DNA from: an uncultured bacterium
GTDB lineage: Bacteria; Patescibacteriota; Minisyncoccia; Phycocordibacterales; DATDWN01
Length of the DNA stretch: 56,068 bases
Assembly: GCA_903870365.1 (NCBI GenBank)
Contig: CAIQCQ010000015.1
Span: 1 to 56,068, forward strand
Direction: 5' to 3'
Numbering within the stretch: the stretch's first letter is position 1; each line of letters starts with the position of its first letter. The position numbers were made by a program, and so were the translations under genes. The notes under the pieces are model-generated. The model was not told where the DNA came from, searched no databases, and was given only the letters and a program-made list of their open reading frames with translations. This document shows, one piece after another, positions 40,927 to 50,642 of the stretch.

Positions 40927-41166
40927 ATGAAAAAACTGTTTGTTGCCGGAGTCACAATACTGGTCATGGTAGGATGCCTCTCGGCATCCATATATCGTGA
41001 GCCGAATCCTGATGCGGGGGTGTGCTACTACGGCATACTCCTGCCAACAATGGTTGGAGGCTCACAAGTTGTGGGCTTCCAGTATTCCGGCGATGATGCC
41101 GGATCAACATGCAGCACTCTGGCAAGTCAAGGTGCGGTGTACACCAACTTTCAGGTGTACGAGTAA
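40927..41166 (+). CDS. Small secreted hypothetical protein
   Basis: TTGACA/-10 promoter ~40812-40840, GAGG before ATG, signal peptide, hairpins at 41173-41250. Confidence 0.7.
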   Translation: MKKLFVAGVTILVMVGCLSASIYREPNPDAGVCYYGILLPTMVGGSQVVGFQYSGDDAGSTCSTLASQGAVYTNFQVYE

Positions 41167-41302
41167 GTAAAACTGTCAGGAGGTGGAAAATACCCCACCT
41201 CCTGACACACACATATCACCACTCTTATTACAAGAGATTGGTGATTTTTTAATTCAAGTACTGATAGTAGCAAAACTGTCTCATTCCGCATACAATTACT
41301 AT

Positions 41303-41746
41303 ATGTCACTTATCACTAACAAAAAAATAGGCTTTAATTACAACATCACCGAAACCCTTGTTGCAGGGGTGGAACTTTTTGGTTTTGAAGTCAAATCTAT
41401 CCGTAAGGGCCAGGGCTCGCTCGATGGCTCGTATGTCACTGTTCGTGGGTCTGAGGCTTTTCTTATTGGTAGCTTTATTCCACCCTTCCAGGAGAACAAC
41501 ACCCCTAAGGACTACGATCCTCGTCGCAACCGTAAACTACTCCTCACCAAAACCGAGATCCGAAAGCTTGGTGATATTGAAAAGACAAAAGGATTGACAA
41601 TAGTCCCAATTTCAGTGTATAGTAAAGGTCGAGTTTTAAAGGTAGATCTTGGCATTGGAACTGGTAAGAAAAAATTTGATAAACGAGAAACTCTCAAGAA
41701 ACGTGATACCGAACGTGAAACGAGGAGGGAGTTTAGTGATCGTTGA
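41303..41746 (+). CDS. smpB: SsrA-binding protein
   Basis: AGVELFGFEVKSIR, RKLLL, GKKKFDKRE. Confidence 0.97.
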   Translation: MSLITNKKIGFNYNITETLVAGVELFGFEVKSIRKGQGSLDGSYVTVRGSEAFLIGSFIPPFQENNTPKDYDPRRNRKLLLTKTEIRKLGDIEKTKGLTIVPISVYSKGRVLKVDLGIGTGKKKFDKRETLKKRDTERETRREFSDR

Positions 41747-41832
41747 TCTACCAGTTCACAGCAACTTCAAATTCCCGAAAAGTAGAAGTTCCATTCGTTA
41801 TTCTTAATTCAAACTTCGTACTTCTATTTCTC

Positions 41833-42235
41833 GGGGATGACAGGTATAGACATATACGTCCTTTGACAATGCGCACGGCAGAGCTTGAGTGACTCTTTAA
41901 TCCGCTCAAAAGCATACGTGCTAAAAACACCCTTGCAAAAGCAGTTCGTTCTCCGTTCGTCGGAGTCAACGGATTTGCTCTCGCTTTCGCGTAATCTTTT
42001 TTAAGACTACACCATTGCGGCGGCTCTCCCCCGAAGTCTGTTACGGGAAAGAGTTGATATACTTCCGGACTTTGGCAATCTCCGTCGTTTCAGGATATTG
42101 TCGAGACAATGAAGCTGGATTCGTATCTATTTCGTAGATTTTATAGGATACGGATCGAGAAAAACAAAATCCACTACGCCATGTAGAAGCATTGTTAAAA
42201 CGTGTGTGCACGGGGCTTCAATGCTCCCATCTCCA
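41833..42235 (+). ncRNA. ssrA: tmRNA; tag reading frame 41935-41994 = AKAVRSPFVGVNGFALAFA*
   Basis: GGGGATG pairs with CATCTCC-A (G3:U70), T-arm GGGGC-TTCAAT-GCTCC, GCA resume codon, Ala-rich tag end; directly after smpB. Confidence 0.92.
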
Positions 42236-42281
42236 CATCTGATTATCAAAATGTTGTAAATCCTTAACTTTAAATATCAAC

Positions 42282-42497
42282 ATGGAAACATTTCTTGTTA
42301 TTATCGTGTTCACAGCCTTATATCTTACTCCTACTATCATTGCTTATAGTAGGAATCACACTAATGCCACTGGTGTTATGTTAGTAAATATTTTTTTAGG
42401 TTGGTCTGGATTAGGTTGGCTTGCTGCATTAATTTGGTCAGTACAGATAGCGAAGTCGGAAAAAATAAGAGAGATTAAAGTTGAAATAAAAAAATAA
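42282..42497 (+). CDS. Superinfection immunity (T4 Imm-like) membrane protein
   Basis: LYLTPTIIAYSRNH...NIFLGWSGLGWLAALIWS. Confidence 0.88.
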   Translation: METFLVIIVFTALYLTPTIIAYSRNHTNATGVMLVNIFLGWSGLGWLAALIWSVQIAKSEKIREIKVEIKK

Positions 42498-42552
42498 ATT
42501 TATGAAAAAGGAGGGATTAATTTTTGAACTGAGGTTATTCTAGAGACGAAAA

Positions 42553-43731
42553 TCAACCGAATGTTAGTGTAAACACCTCCAAACCTGCACTCTGGCTCAT
42601 CACCCGCAACGTATGCGCCTCCATATTTGTTCCGGTCACAAGATTATACAATCGTGAATCTTGTATTTTTACAAACGTTTTACCTCCATTGACATACACA
42701 TCTGTTCCACGGAGATTTGCCGGGACAGGTAGTCCATCAAGTGTTACCTCTGCTACCACTTGTGTACTTGCACTAGCTACGACATATACATCCTTGGCCG
42801 TATACGGATAGACAAAACCACTACCCGCACTCTGTCCTTGTGCGTACTCACCCAGGACATTCCACGATCCTGAAAAATAAAACATATTTGAAGCAAAACT
42901 GTTTGGTAAAATAAAATTCTGAATACCTGTTTTACCTTGTGCACCATTACCGATATATTGATTTCTATTTGCACCAAAATATGTTTCTGGACTATTTGTT
43001 TGAATACTACCCGCTGTACCAGATGGGCTGACCGAGACACTATCAATTAGATCTGCTGGCACTGGTATACCCAATCGGGTATCACGTTCCTGTAATAAAT
43101 TTTTGATTTCTTGTTCCGTCTCTACATATTCCCCTTCACCTATATGGTCGTAGACCACATAGCCATCAATATCGATCATATATTTTCGTGGCCAGTATTG
43201 ATTTTGATATGCATTCCATGTGCCATAGTCATTATCCAACACCACAGGAAAAGTAATACCGTACCGAGCCATTTCTTTTTGCACATTGGCATAGACTTTT
43301 TCAAATTCAAACTCTGGTGTATGGATACCTATGATCACCAATCCTTGATCTTTATACTTGCCATACCATGCAGTCAGATATGGAAAAGTTCGCTGACAGT
43401 TAATACAACTGTAAGTCATAAAATCAATCATCACCACGTCTTTGCCAATATATTGTCCAATACTAATCGGTGCTCCGTCTGGAGTATTCACAAAACCACT
43501 TGGATTGACCAACTCCACTGCTGGCGGATATTTTTTGGCTTTCTCTGCACGAATAGCGGCGATGTCTGTGGCAGACAACGTTGGTGAGGTGCTGGCTGTA
43601 GCGGTCAATGCAAGTGGAGTTGTTGTCACAGAGCTTCCCACACCATGTACTTTTTTACCTTCAAGCCAGACAATAGCACTTATGATAAGTGCTCCAACAA
43701 TAATCAATGTGATGATGCGTTGTGTAGACAT
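42553..43731 (-). CDS. DipZ-like extracellular thioredoxin
   Basis: TYSCINC, IGIHTPEFEFEK, HIGEG.Y, PETYFG. Confidence 0.9.
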   Translation of the reverse strand: MSTQRIITLIIVGALIISAIVWLEGKKVHGVGSSVTTTPLALTATASTSPTLSATDIAAIRAEKAKKYPPAVELVNPSGFVNTPDGAPISIGQYIGKDVVMIDFMTYSCINCQRTFPYLTAWYGKYKDQGLVIIGIHTPEFEFEKVYANVQKEMARYGITFPVVLDNDYGTWNAYQNQYWPRKYMIDIDGYVVYDHIGEGEYVETEQEIKNLLQERDTRLGIPVPADLIDSVSVSPSGTAGSIQTNSPETYFGANRNQYIGNGAQGKTGIQNFILPNSFASNMFYFSGSWNVLGEYAQGQSAGSGFVYPYTAKDVYVVASASTQVVAEVTLDGLPVPANLRGTDVYVNGGKTFVKIQDSRLYNLVTGTNMEAHTLRVMSQSAGLEVFTLTFG

Positions 43732-43741
43732 TGTTTGTATA

Positions 43742-44440
43742 TTATCCAGTAATTAATTGTATTGGAAGGAAATTTCCAAGTAATGTGAGGGACTGAGTAA
43801 AGACTAATACGCCAAGAATGATAAGGATGATGCCAAATACAATATTAATATACCGTAATGTGGTTGCATACCGAGATATATACACGGTTGCTTGAGCAGT
43901 AAACGCCCCTACAAGCAGAAACGGTAGACCCAAACCGAGTGCATACGTCAAAAGCAAGACAAAGGCCTGGGTCGGAGCGCTCGCCGCCAGACCAAGGATA
44001 ACACCCAGAGCTGGGCCGACACATGGTGTCCAGCCAGCAGCAAAAGCTAAACCAAAGAAAAATGAAGTAAGATATTTTGAATTAAACTTTTTTGTTACCG
44101 ATACTTTATATTCACGTTCTAAAAATGGAATATGAATCAAACCAACCAAAAACAAACCAAAAAAGATCACCACCAGTCCACCGAGTCTCGCCAGCCACAT
44201 CTCCACCCCAAAAGAAATTCCTTTGAGCGCTGTGTTTAACAGTACACCCAACAAAGCAAAGACAAATGAAAAACCAAGTACAAAGAACATACTGTTTATA
44301 AAAATATCTGACCGTCGAGGTGTCTCCCCTGCTCGCCCACCAGCCAAATAAGCCAGAAACCCTGGAATGATCGGTAATACGCACGGCGAAAGAAATGAAA
44401 CTAACCCCGCAATAAAAGCGCCAAAAAGAGTGATTATCAT
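43742..44440 (-). CDS. ccdA: CcdA / DsbD-like transmembrane electron transporter
   Basis: SFLSPCVLP and GWTPCVGP. Confidence 0.92.
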   Translation of the reverse strand: MIITLFGAFIAGLVSFLSPCVLPIIPGFLAYLAGGRAGETPRRSDIFINSMFFVLGFSFVFALLGVLLNTALKGISFGVEMWLARLGGLVVIFFGLFLVGLIHIPFLEREYKVSVTKKFNSKYLTSFFFGLAFAAGWTPCVGPALGVILGLAASAPTQAFVLLLTYALGLGLPFLLVGAFTAQATVYISRYATTLRYINIVFGIILIILGVLVFTQSLTLLGNFLPIQLITG

Positions 44441-44577
44441 GAGTACATTCTAGCCCATAAAGTCTATAAAGTCGAAAGTCTGTAAAGTAATACCCTGCTA
44501 ACTTTATAGATTTTAGACTTTATGGAATTTTCATGCTACTATATTCCCTGTTATCAATTCCCTAACCACCATATTTC

Positions 44578-45084
44578 TTGAGTAACATACGAATCAATCA
44601 CCAAATAACTGCACTAGAACTTCGCGTCATCCTCGAGGACGGCACGAATCTCGGTGTCATCACTAAAGATCAAGCAATTGAGAAGGCAAAGGAACTTGGA
44701 GCTGACCTGATCGAAATTTCTCCGACCGCAGTGCCACCAGTTGCAAAAATCATGGATTATGGTAAATTTCAGTACGCAGAAGCTAAAAAACTGAAGGTTG
44801 CCAAAACCAAGGTTCATATTGTTGAAATCAAGAATATTCAGGTCAAAGTGGGCACCGGCGAGCACGACCTCGAGCTCAAGGCCAAAAAGGCATCTGAATG
44901 GCTTGCTGAGGGTAACCGCATCAAGATTGACCTCTTCCTCCCAGGGAGAACCAAGTACATGCCTCCGGAGTTCCTCCGAGACCGGATGGACCGGGTACTC
45001 AAACTGATCACCCAAGAGTTCCGGATCGCTGACCCTATCAAGAAATCACCAAAAGGACTCAGTGTCCTCATCGAGAAAGCATAA
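44578..45084 (+). CDS. infC: Translation initiation factor IF-3 (non-AUG, TTG start)
   Basis: RIN..I, PPVAKIMDYGKF; upstream of rpmI-rplT. Confidence 0.95.
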   Translation: MSNIRINHQITALELRVILEDGTNLGVITKDQAIEKAKELGADLIEISPTAVPPVAKIMDYGKFQYAEAKKLKVAKTKVHIVEIKNIQVKVGTGEHDLELKAKKASEWLAEGNRIKIDLFLPGRTKYMPPEFLRDRMDRVLKLITQEFRIADPIKKSPKGLSVLIEKA

Positions 45085-45099
45085 ATTACAGACATTAAT

Positions 45100-45294
45100 A
45101 TGGCAATAAAAACAAACAAATCTTACTCAAAGCGCCTCAAAGTCACTAAAACTGGCAAGGTTTTAGCGCGTAAGACTGGTCAAAACCACTTCAATGCAAA
45201 GGAATCTCGCCGAAGTCAGCTTGCAAAGAAAGGAAACAATGAGTTCCATATGTCTATGAAAGAGCGCTCACGATTTCTCGTAAATTTTAAATAA
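45100..45294 (+). CDS. rpmI: 50S ribosomal protein L35
   Basis: KTNKS..KRLKVT.TGK; synteny. Confidence 0.93.
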   Translation: MAIKTNKSYSKRLKVTKTGKVLARKTGQNHFNAKESRRSQLAKKGNNEFHMSMKERSRFLVNFK

Positions 45295-45309
45295 TACTAA
45301 TACACTGAT

Positions 45310-45654
45310 ATGACACGAGTAAAAAAAGGCGTTAATGCGCTTAAATCAAGAAAGAATATCCTCCGCAAGGTAAAAGGTTATCGTTTTGGACGATCAACAA
45401 AGGAGCGACAGGCAACTGAAGCTATTTTCCACGCTGGAGCATATTCATTTGCTCACCGAAAGGACAAAAAAGGTGATGCCCGCCGACTTTGGAACGTCAA
45501 GATTTCATACGCCGCAAAGCCACTTGGCATCTCATACAGTAAACTCATGGGTGGTTTGAAAAAGAAAAACATCCTTCTCGACCGTAAAATTCTCTCAATC
45601 CTCGCAGCCGAATCACCAAAGACATTTGAGAAGATTGTGGAAATGGCAAAATAA
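45310..45654 (+). CDS. rplT: 50S ribosomal protein L20
   Basis: MTRVKKG, RRLW..KI, LDRKIL. Confidence 0.97.
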   Translation: MTRVKKGVNALKSRKNILRKVKGYRFGRSTKERQATEAIFHAGAYSFAHRKDKKGDARRLWNVKISYAAKPLGISYSKLMGGLKKKNILLDRKILSILAAESPKTFEKIVEMAK

Positions 45655-45692
45655 TCTGGAAGTATATAGTATGAAGTATATGGTATATAGTA
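45655..45692. repeat. (GTATATA)n heptamer array, left arm of inverted pair around the four-helix-bundle gene
   Basis: AGTATATAGTATGAAGTATATGGTATATAGTA. Confidence 0.8.
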
Positions 45693-46058
45693 TTAAAACT
45701 GCCTCGCTGGGGCAGTTTTAATTAATCCTGAAAGCAACTTTGCGACCAAATATATATTATTTTCAATTATCTTAAAATTTTCTTCTTTTATATACAACAA
45801 ATCTCTTGCGATCATACACTGACTTTCCAATTCTAAAAGTGAACCTCTTGAGATCGTATAAAAAAATATCTTGTCTTTGGATGTGTTCCTTCCAAACCCC
45901 TCTGCAATATTTGATGTGATAGAAATAGCAGATCTCCTCATTTGATCAACAAGAGCGAATCTTTCATCCTGAGGAAACGTCTTTGTACATTTATATATCA
46001 AAAGTGCCAATTTATGAGCCTCCTGATACACAATAAGATCTTTAAAATGATTGATCAT
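45693..46058 (-). CDS. Four-helix-bundle protein (23S rRNA IVP / Avd-like family)
   Basis: FKDLIVYQ, FPQDERFAL.DQMRRSA.SI.SNIAEG, RGSL.E. Confidence 0.93.
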   Translation of the reverse strand: MINHFKDLIVYQEAHKLALLIYKCTKTFPQDERFALVDQMRRSAISITSNIAEGFGRNTSKDKIFFYTISRGSLLELESQCMIARDLLYIKEENFKIIENNIYLVAKLLSGLIKTAPARQF

Positions 46059-46067
46059 ATCTTCTCC

Positions 46068-46100
46068 TATACTATATACAAAATACTATATACTATATAC
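46068..46100. repeat. (TATATAC)n heptamer array, right arm
   Basis: TATACTATATACAAAATACTATATACTATATAC; overlaps and supplies the MBL gene stop. Confidence 0.8.
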
Positions 46101-47444
46101 CTTTCCCCTCTCAGGATATAAAGCATCGACATCCAAATAATCTCGTAGTCGCTGAACCAAAAACATAGACGACTTTGGTTCACCCATGACCACAAACACT
46201 TTTTTAACACTATAGGCCGTGTCTGACACCATCTCCACCAAATGTTCAGAGTCTTTGTGTGACGAATAACCAGAAATCATTTCTATCCGGGCACGAACAG
46301 GCAGTGTCTGACCATCAATGTCGATACTATTTGGCTTTGCCTGTATGCGGCTACCTAAAGTACCAACCGCTTGATACCCCATGAGAAGAATAGTGCTCTT
46401 TGGATCGGTGATGAAATTCATCTCATGATGAACCACTCGCCCACCTTCGGACATACCACTACCAGCCATAATAATCTTTGGATTTGGAATATCCTCAACT
46501 TTTTGAGACTCATAGCCACTGTGCACAATTTTTAATTTAGGAAAAGAAAAAATATCATCACCACCTTTTATTTCTTGTTGCACCGCATCATTAAACAAAT
46601 CGGTCGAATGTTTATAGACCTCGGTTACTTTCAGCGCGAGTGGTGAATCCAGAAACACGGGAACTGCTGGTATTTTGCCATCTTCCACCATATTATTTAA
46701 TTCATACAAAACTACCTGGGTACGTTCAATAGAAAACATCGGCATAACAAGGGCACCACCTGCAGTAATAGTTTCTTGTATAATTTCTGCAAATCGAGCA
46801 TCCCGCTCCGCTTTTGGTTCATGATTCCTATCGCCATAGACACTATCAATAATAAGATAGTCTGCGCCTGTGATCTTTTCTGTATCACGCAACAGTGGTG
46901 AGGGTGAATTACCCGAGTCTCCGGTAAAGACAATTGTTTTGCCATTATGACTAAACTGATACATTGATGAGCCAAGGATATGCCCTGCATCAAGTAGTCG
47001 GACAGAGAACGTGCTGGTCAATGTATTATCTGTATCATAGACAAAACTCTTCCACAACGACATGGCCTTGTTTGCATCATCAGTGGTATACAGAGACTTG
47101 CCCTTGCCCTCTCGTTCATTCATATCCATGACTTTCACGGCATCAGCAAACATAATCTCTGCCAATTCACGAGTCTCTGGCGTAGAATAGATGGTTCCAG
47201 CAAAGCCATCACGCACCAGTTTTGGCACCCGACCAATATGGTCCATATGGGCATGGGTGATGAATAAGAAATCCATCTCCGCTGGATTGTACGGAAATGG
47301 CTTTGCATTTTCCTCAGCCGACCCAGCCACTCCTTGGAGCAAACCGCAATCCACTAAAATATTTGTCTTTTCATCTTGCAACAAAAAATTTGCCCCGGTG
47401 ACGGACCCAACTCCTCCCCAGAATGTAAGTTTGAGAGTAGACAT
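46086..47444 (-). CDS. MBL-fold beta-CASP ribonuclease
   Basis: THAHMDHIG, AGHILGS, FTGD, SGYSSH. Confidence 0.92.
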   Translation of the reverse strand: MSTLKLTFWGGVGSVTGANFLLQDEKTNILVDCGLLQGVAGSAEENAKPFPYNPAEMDFLFITHAHMDHIGRVPKLVRDGFAGTIYSTPETRELAEIMFADAVKVMDMNEREGKGKSLYTTDDANKAMSLWKSFVYDTDNTLTSTFSVRLLDAGHILGSSMYQFSHNGKTIVFTGDSGNSPSPLLRDTEKITGADYLIIDSVYGDRNHEPKAERDARFAEIIQETITAGGALVMPMFSIERTQVVLYELNNMVEDGKIPAVPVFLDSPLALKVTEVYKHSTDLFNDAVQQEIKGGDDIFSFPKLKIVHSGYESQKVEDIPNPKIIMAGSGMSEGGRVVHHEMNFITDPKSTILLMGYQAVGTLGSRIQAKPNSIDIDGQTLPVRARIEMISGYSSHKDSEHLVEMVSDTAYSVKKVFVVMGEPKSSMFLVQRLRDYLDVDALYPERGKVYSI

Positions 47445-47504
47445 AATTTTGAATTTTTCAATTTTAAAACAATGTGTGAATGTCTTAATTTTCGAAATTA
47501 GAAA

Positions 47505-47924
47505 TTAGAAATTTTTTATATAATTAAAATTTCGTAACTTATTGTAAGCATACAATACAGCGACTAATCCCCCAAATGTATCCATCGTCACATCCATCCC
47601 ATTATCAGCTAGATACTCCCACGATGGCCAAAACGACATACCCCAATAGGTAATCCCTACAGACAATTCATACACTTCCCACAACAACCCGACGACAAGT
47701 GCCGTCGTTACACCCCAAAGAAGCAACTTTCCATATGACACGTCATTCTTTGTAGCAGTTAAGACGGTCAAAGCAGATAACCCAATAAAAAAACCACCCA
47801 AAAAATGGAAAGTCATATCAAAATTGGTGATAGCATCAAATAAATGAAAATAAAATGCTATAGCATTCCAAAAACCCACAACCAGTAGGGTGATAAAAAA
47901 TGATTTGAATAGTGGTGAATTCAT
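47505..47924 (-). CDS. Membrane protein (VanZ/DUF2238-like)
   Basis: D..FHFLGG, GLLWEVYE, D...D...GG motifs. Confidence 0.72.
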   Translation of the reverse strand: MNSPLFKSFFITLLVVGFWNAIAFYFHLFDAITNFDMTFHFLGGFFIGLSALTVLTATKNDVSYGKLLLWGVTTALVVGLLWEVYELSVGITYWGMSFWPSWEYLADNGMDVTMDTFGGLVAVLYAYNKLRNFNYIKNF

Positions 47925-47975
47925 ATACAGATATATTATAACTTAAAATACCCACATTTTACTAAAAACAAAATT

Positions 47976-48103
47976 CAAAAAAGCCTAAATCTGGATGAGA
48001 TGCTAGGCGAAAAGTGAAAAAGAATTCGAACCTTACTGAGACGTAAGATGAGGATTATTTTTTACTTTTCAACAACGCAGGTCGCCAGATTTAGGCTTTT
48101 TTG
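47976..48103. repeat. 128-bp imperfect palindrome (MITE/REP-like)
   Basis: 19-bp perfect outer IR CAAAAAAGCCTAAATCTGG; inner GAAAAGT/ACTTTTC and CTTAC/GTAAG stems. Confidence 0.75.
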
Positions 48104-48413
48104 TGGAGTTACCGAGATATTTCCCTAGTCTAAAAACTAGGTGGGTGTCCTCACGTATGCACCAAGGTGTATACAAATTTGAACTCCCTAAAAATGTTTA
48201 ATTCGGAAAATATCTCAGTAGCTCCAAAGTAAGTATAACGCCAGATAAAATACAGAACAATTGAAAAACAAAGAACAACGTGTTTAAATTATCTTCCCTC
48301 AGTTGGAATGAAGTGTGTATTCTTTTGAGGCTTCGCAAGCGCGACTGGCGCGAGAAAGAGCAAAAAGTCAGCAGACTTTTATGCGCACTCAAAAAAATAC
48401 ACACTGAAGGATT

Positions 48414-49019
48414 TTACTCTACAATTCCATCCAAGTTCACATCATACAAAATCTCATCAGCAATCAGCCGATACGCGGTGATTTCCCCTGGCAGAAACCA
48501 ATGTTTTATTTCATTACGCGCTTCCTCTACTGATCCTGATGCATGGATGACATTACGCACAGATCGGCCATCAGTTTCTGCCAATACATACGAATCCAAG
48601 ACATAATCTCCACGAATGGTTCCCACATCAGAGGTCAGTGGTTCTGTTCCACCAGTGATCTTGCGAACAATCTTGACTGCATGCGCCCCTTGCCAGACCA
48701 TAGCTACTACCGGCCCCGATGTCATATATTTTTTTAAATTTGCCAATACCACTTTGGTGATTTCTAGTGGATCAGTATGCGGTGGTTTCTCCCCTTTATC
48801 CAAGGCCGACTTGATCCTCTTCTCCCCAGTCACCTTCATCCAGTCTGGATCAAGAGTGTAGTGTGCTTCGATATGATCCGCTGTCGGCACCAGCATCTTC
48901 ATAGCCACCAATTTCAAACCAATACGTTCGTATCGTTTGATCACTTCCCCGATCAATGTTCGCTGAACCCCATCTGGTTTAATGATAACGAGTGTTTGTT
49001 CTTCTTTAGCGTGTGGCAT
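48414..49019 (-). CDS. ndk: Nucleoside diphosphate kinase
   Basis: TLVIIKPDGVQR, GTIRGD, RNVIHAS. Confidence 0.96.
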   Translation of the reverse strand: MPHAKEEQTLVIIKPDGVQRTLIGEVIKRYERIGLKLVAMKMLVPTADHIEAHYTLDPDWMKVTGEKRIKSALDKGEKPPHTDPLEITKVVLANLKKYMTSGPVVAMVWQGAHAVKIVRKITGGTEPLTSDVGTIRGDYVLDSYVLAETDGRSVRNVIHASGSVEEARNEIKHWFLPGEITAYRLIADEILYDVNLDGIVE

Positions 49020-49032
49020 TCGGTATTATGTA

Positions 49033-49800
49033 TTATTTAGTAAGTATTATCGCCTCCCCATCCGTAATAGCAATCGTATGTTCAAAATGCACTGCGGTGC
49101 TCCCGTCTTTTGTAATATATGTATAGCCATCGTCGAGCAAAATAGTTTTTGTGGTTCCAAAAGTCATCATTGGTTCAATAGCAATAACCATCCCTGGTTT
49201 GAGCAAGTCCCCCTTACCTTTATCCCCCACATTCTCTACAAACGGATCTTCGTGTACTTTGTAACCGACACCGTGACCAGACAATCCCTCGCACAAGTTA
49301 ATCTTGTGTGCCCGAGCAAAGGTTTCAATGGCATAGCCAATGTCTCCCACATGTCCGCCACCACGAGCAGCCTTGATACCGAGGTGCAATGCCTCCTTGC
49401 AGTATTCCATCAGTTTTTTATCTTCAGGATCTATCTTACCTACCCCGACCGTGATCGCACTATCAGTGATCAAACCTTCATGAGTTAAACCAAGATCAAG
49501 CGAGACAATATCACCCTCGTCCAAGACTCGCGGATCTTCGTTTGGAATTCCATGAACAATCTCGTCGTTAATAGAGACACACAATGCCGCTGGATATGGT
49601 CTGTCTGCCCCCTGTGGCGTGTAGTTCAAGAAAGAGGCAGTATCACCACCCTCAGCAATAAGTGTGCGAGCCAAGTCCTCGAGGTCCTGCGTCGACACCC
49701 CAGGCTTTACGATCTTCGCTACTTCACTCAAAATATACGCATGACGTCTGCCACCTTCTTGCAATGTTTCTATTTCTTCTGGTTTTTTTATATAAATCAT
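49033..49800 (-). CDS. map: Methionine aminopeptidase type I
   Basis: CVSINDEIVHGIP, GHGVG..VHE, IEPM, HFEHT. Confidence 0.97.
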   Translation of the reverse strand: MIYIKKPEEIETLQEGGRRHAYILSEVAKIVKPGVSTQDLEDLARTLIAEGGDTASFLNYTPQGADRPYPAALCVSINDEIVHGIPNEDPRVLDEGDIVSLDLGLTHEGLITDSAITVGVGKIDPEDKKLMEYCKEALHLGIKAARGGGHVGDIGYAIETFARAHKINLCEGLSGHGVGYKVHEDPFVENVGDKGKGDLLKPGMVIAIEPMMTFGTTKTILLDDGYTYITKDGSTAVHFEHTIAITDGEAIILTK

Positions 49801-49997
49801 ATTAGATATACGAATATCCGAATTAATCTTCGCCCTCTCCCCGTCATTCCCGTGCAGACGGGAATCCAGTGTTTCAAAAATTAAAGTATTCAGTCATTGT
49901 TTCAAAATTCAAAATTGGAAATTCAAAATTAAGACCTTGGATGAGGGACATGATGTATTCATCAGGTGCTCCCGTATGTACGAGAATGACAGAAAAA

Positions 49998-50588
49998 TTA
50001 TAGACCAAGCTTCTCCATCAAATCTACATGTATTTCCTCCACCGTCCGCTCACCAGAAAGCTCGTAGAACTTGGCCTGCGGGTGTGTCCGGAAAAAGTCT
50101 ACGGCCGGAGCCACATCCGTATCAAACCAGTCCAGGCGCTTGGCAATCTCCTCTGGCTTCACATCATCTATACGCCCACGGGCAGTCAGTCGGTCGACAG
50201 CCCAGTCTCGCGACACGTCTAGATAAATAATATGTGGTATGCGATTATAAAAGTTAAAAGCTTGGATAAGGAGCTGCGCTTCTGGTAGTGACCGTGGTGT
50301 GCCATCTGCCACAATATGTTCGTGACCTTCAAATGAATCAATCAAAAAGTCTGCCCAAAAATGAATAGCCAAAAAGTCTGGTTGGCGAGCACCGGTGGCA
50401 TAGACCTCCGCTGATCGTTTGCTCGAATAACTGCCACCCTTGATAAACTCCCGAAACTTTGCCCCTGTCTCTAGGTACAAGACTGGTGTGTTTGGATCCT
50501 TTTCTCGTAATAACTTCATCAACAGATCCGCCTGTGTCCCCTTGCCACACCCTGATCGTCCCATAAAGATAAAAATATGTGGTTGCAT
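49998..50588 (-). CDS. adk: Adenylate kinase (short, LID-less)
   Basis: GRSGCGKGTQA, DGTPR, RGRIDD; between secY and map. Confidence 0.88.
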   Translation of the reverse strand: MQPHIFIFMGRSGCGKGTQADLLMKLLREKDPNTPVLYLETGAKFREFIKGGSYSSKRSAEVYATGARQPDFLAIHFWADFLIDSFEGHEHIVADGTPRSLPEAQLLIQAFNFYNRIPHIIYLDVSRDWAVDRLTARGRIDDVKPEEIAKRLDWFDTDVAPAVDFFRTHPQAKFYELSGERTVEEIHVDLMEKLGL

Positions 50589-50642
50589 ATGGATAGTATA
50601 CAAGACAATCAGAGAATATTAAAAAGACCCGTGAGGGTCTTT

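Noticed and set aside
41748-41969. 73-aa minus-strand ORF
   Set aside because: Antisense to tmRNA.
44840-45084. GC-richer 3' half of infC as a recombined patch
   Set aside because: Visible by eye but short and unquantified; could be codon preference.
45693-46058. Diversity-generating retroelement
   Set aside because: Avd-like fold only; no reverse transcriptase or TR/VR pair seen in the window.
48198-48404. 68-aa minus-strand ORF
   Set aside because: Weak start, only the last ~29 residues look like a TM peptide; insufficient support.
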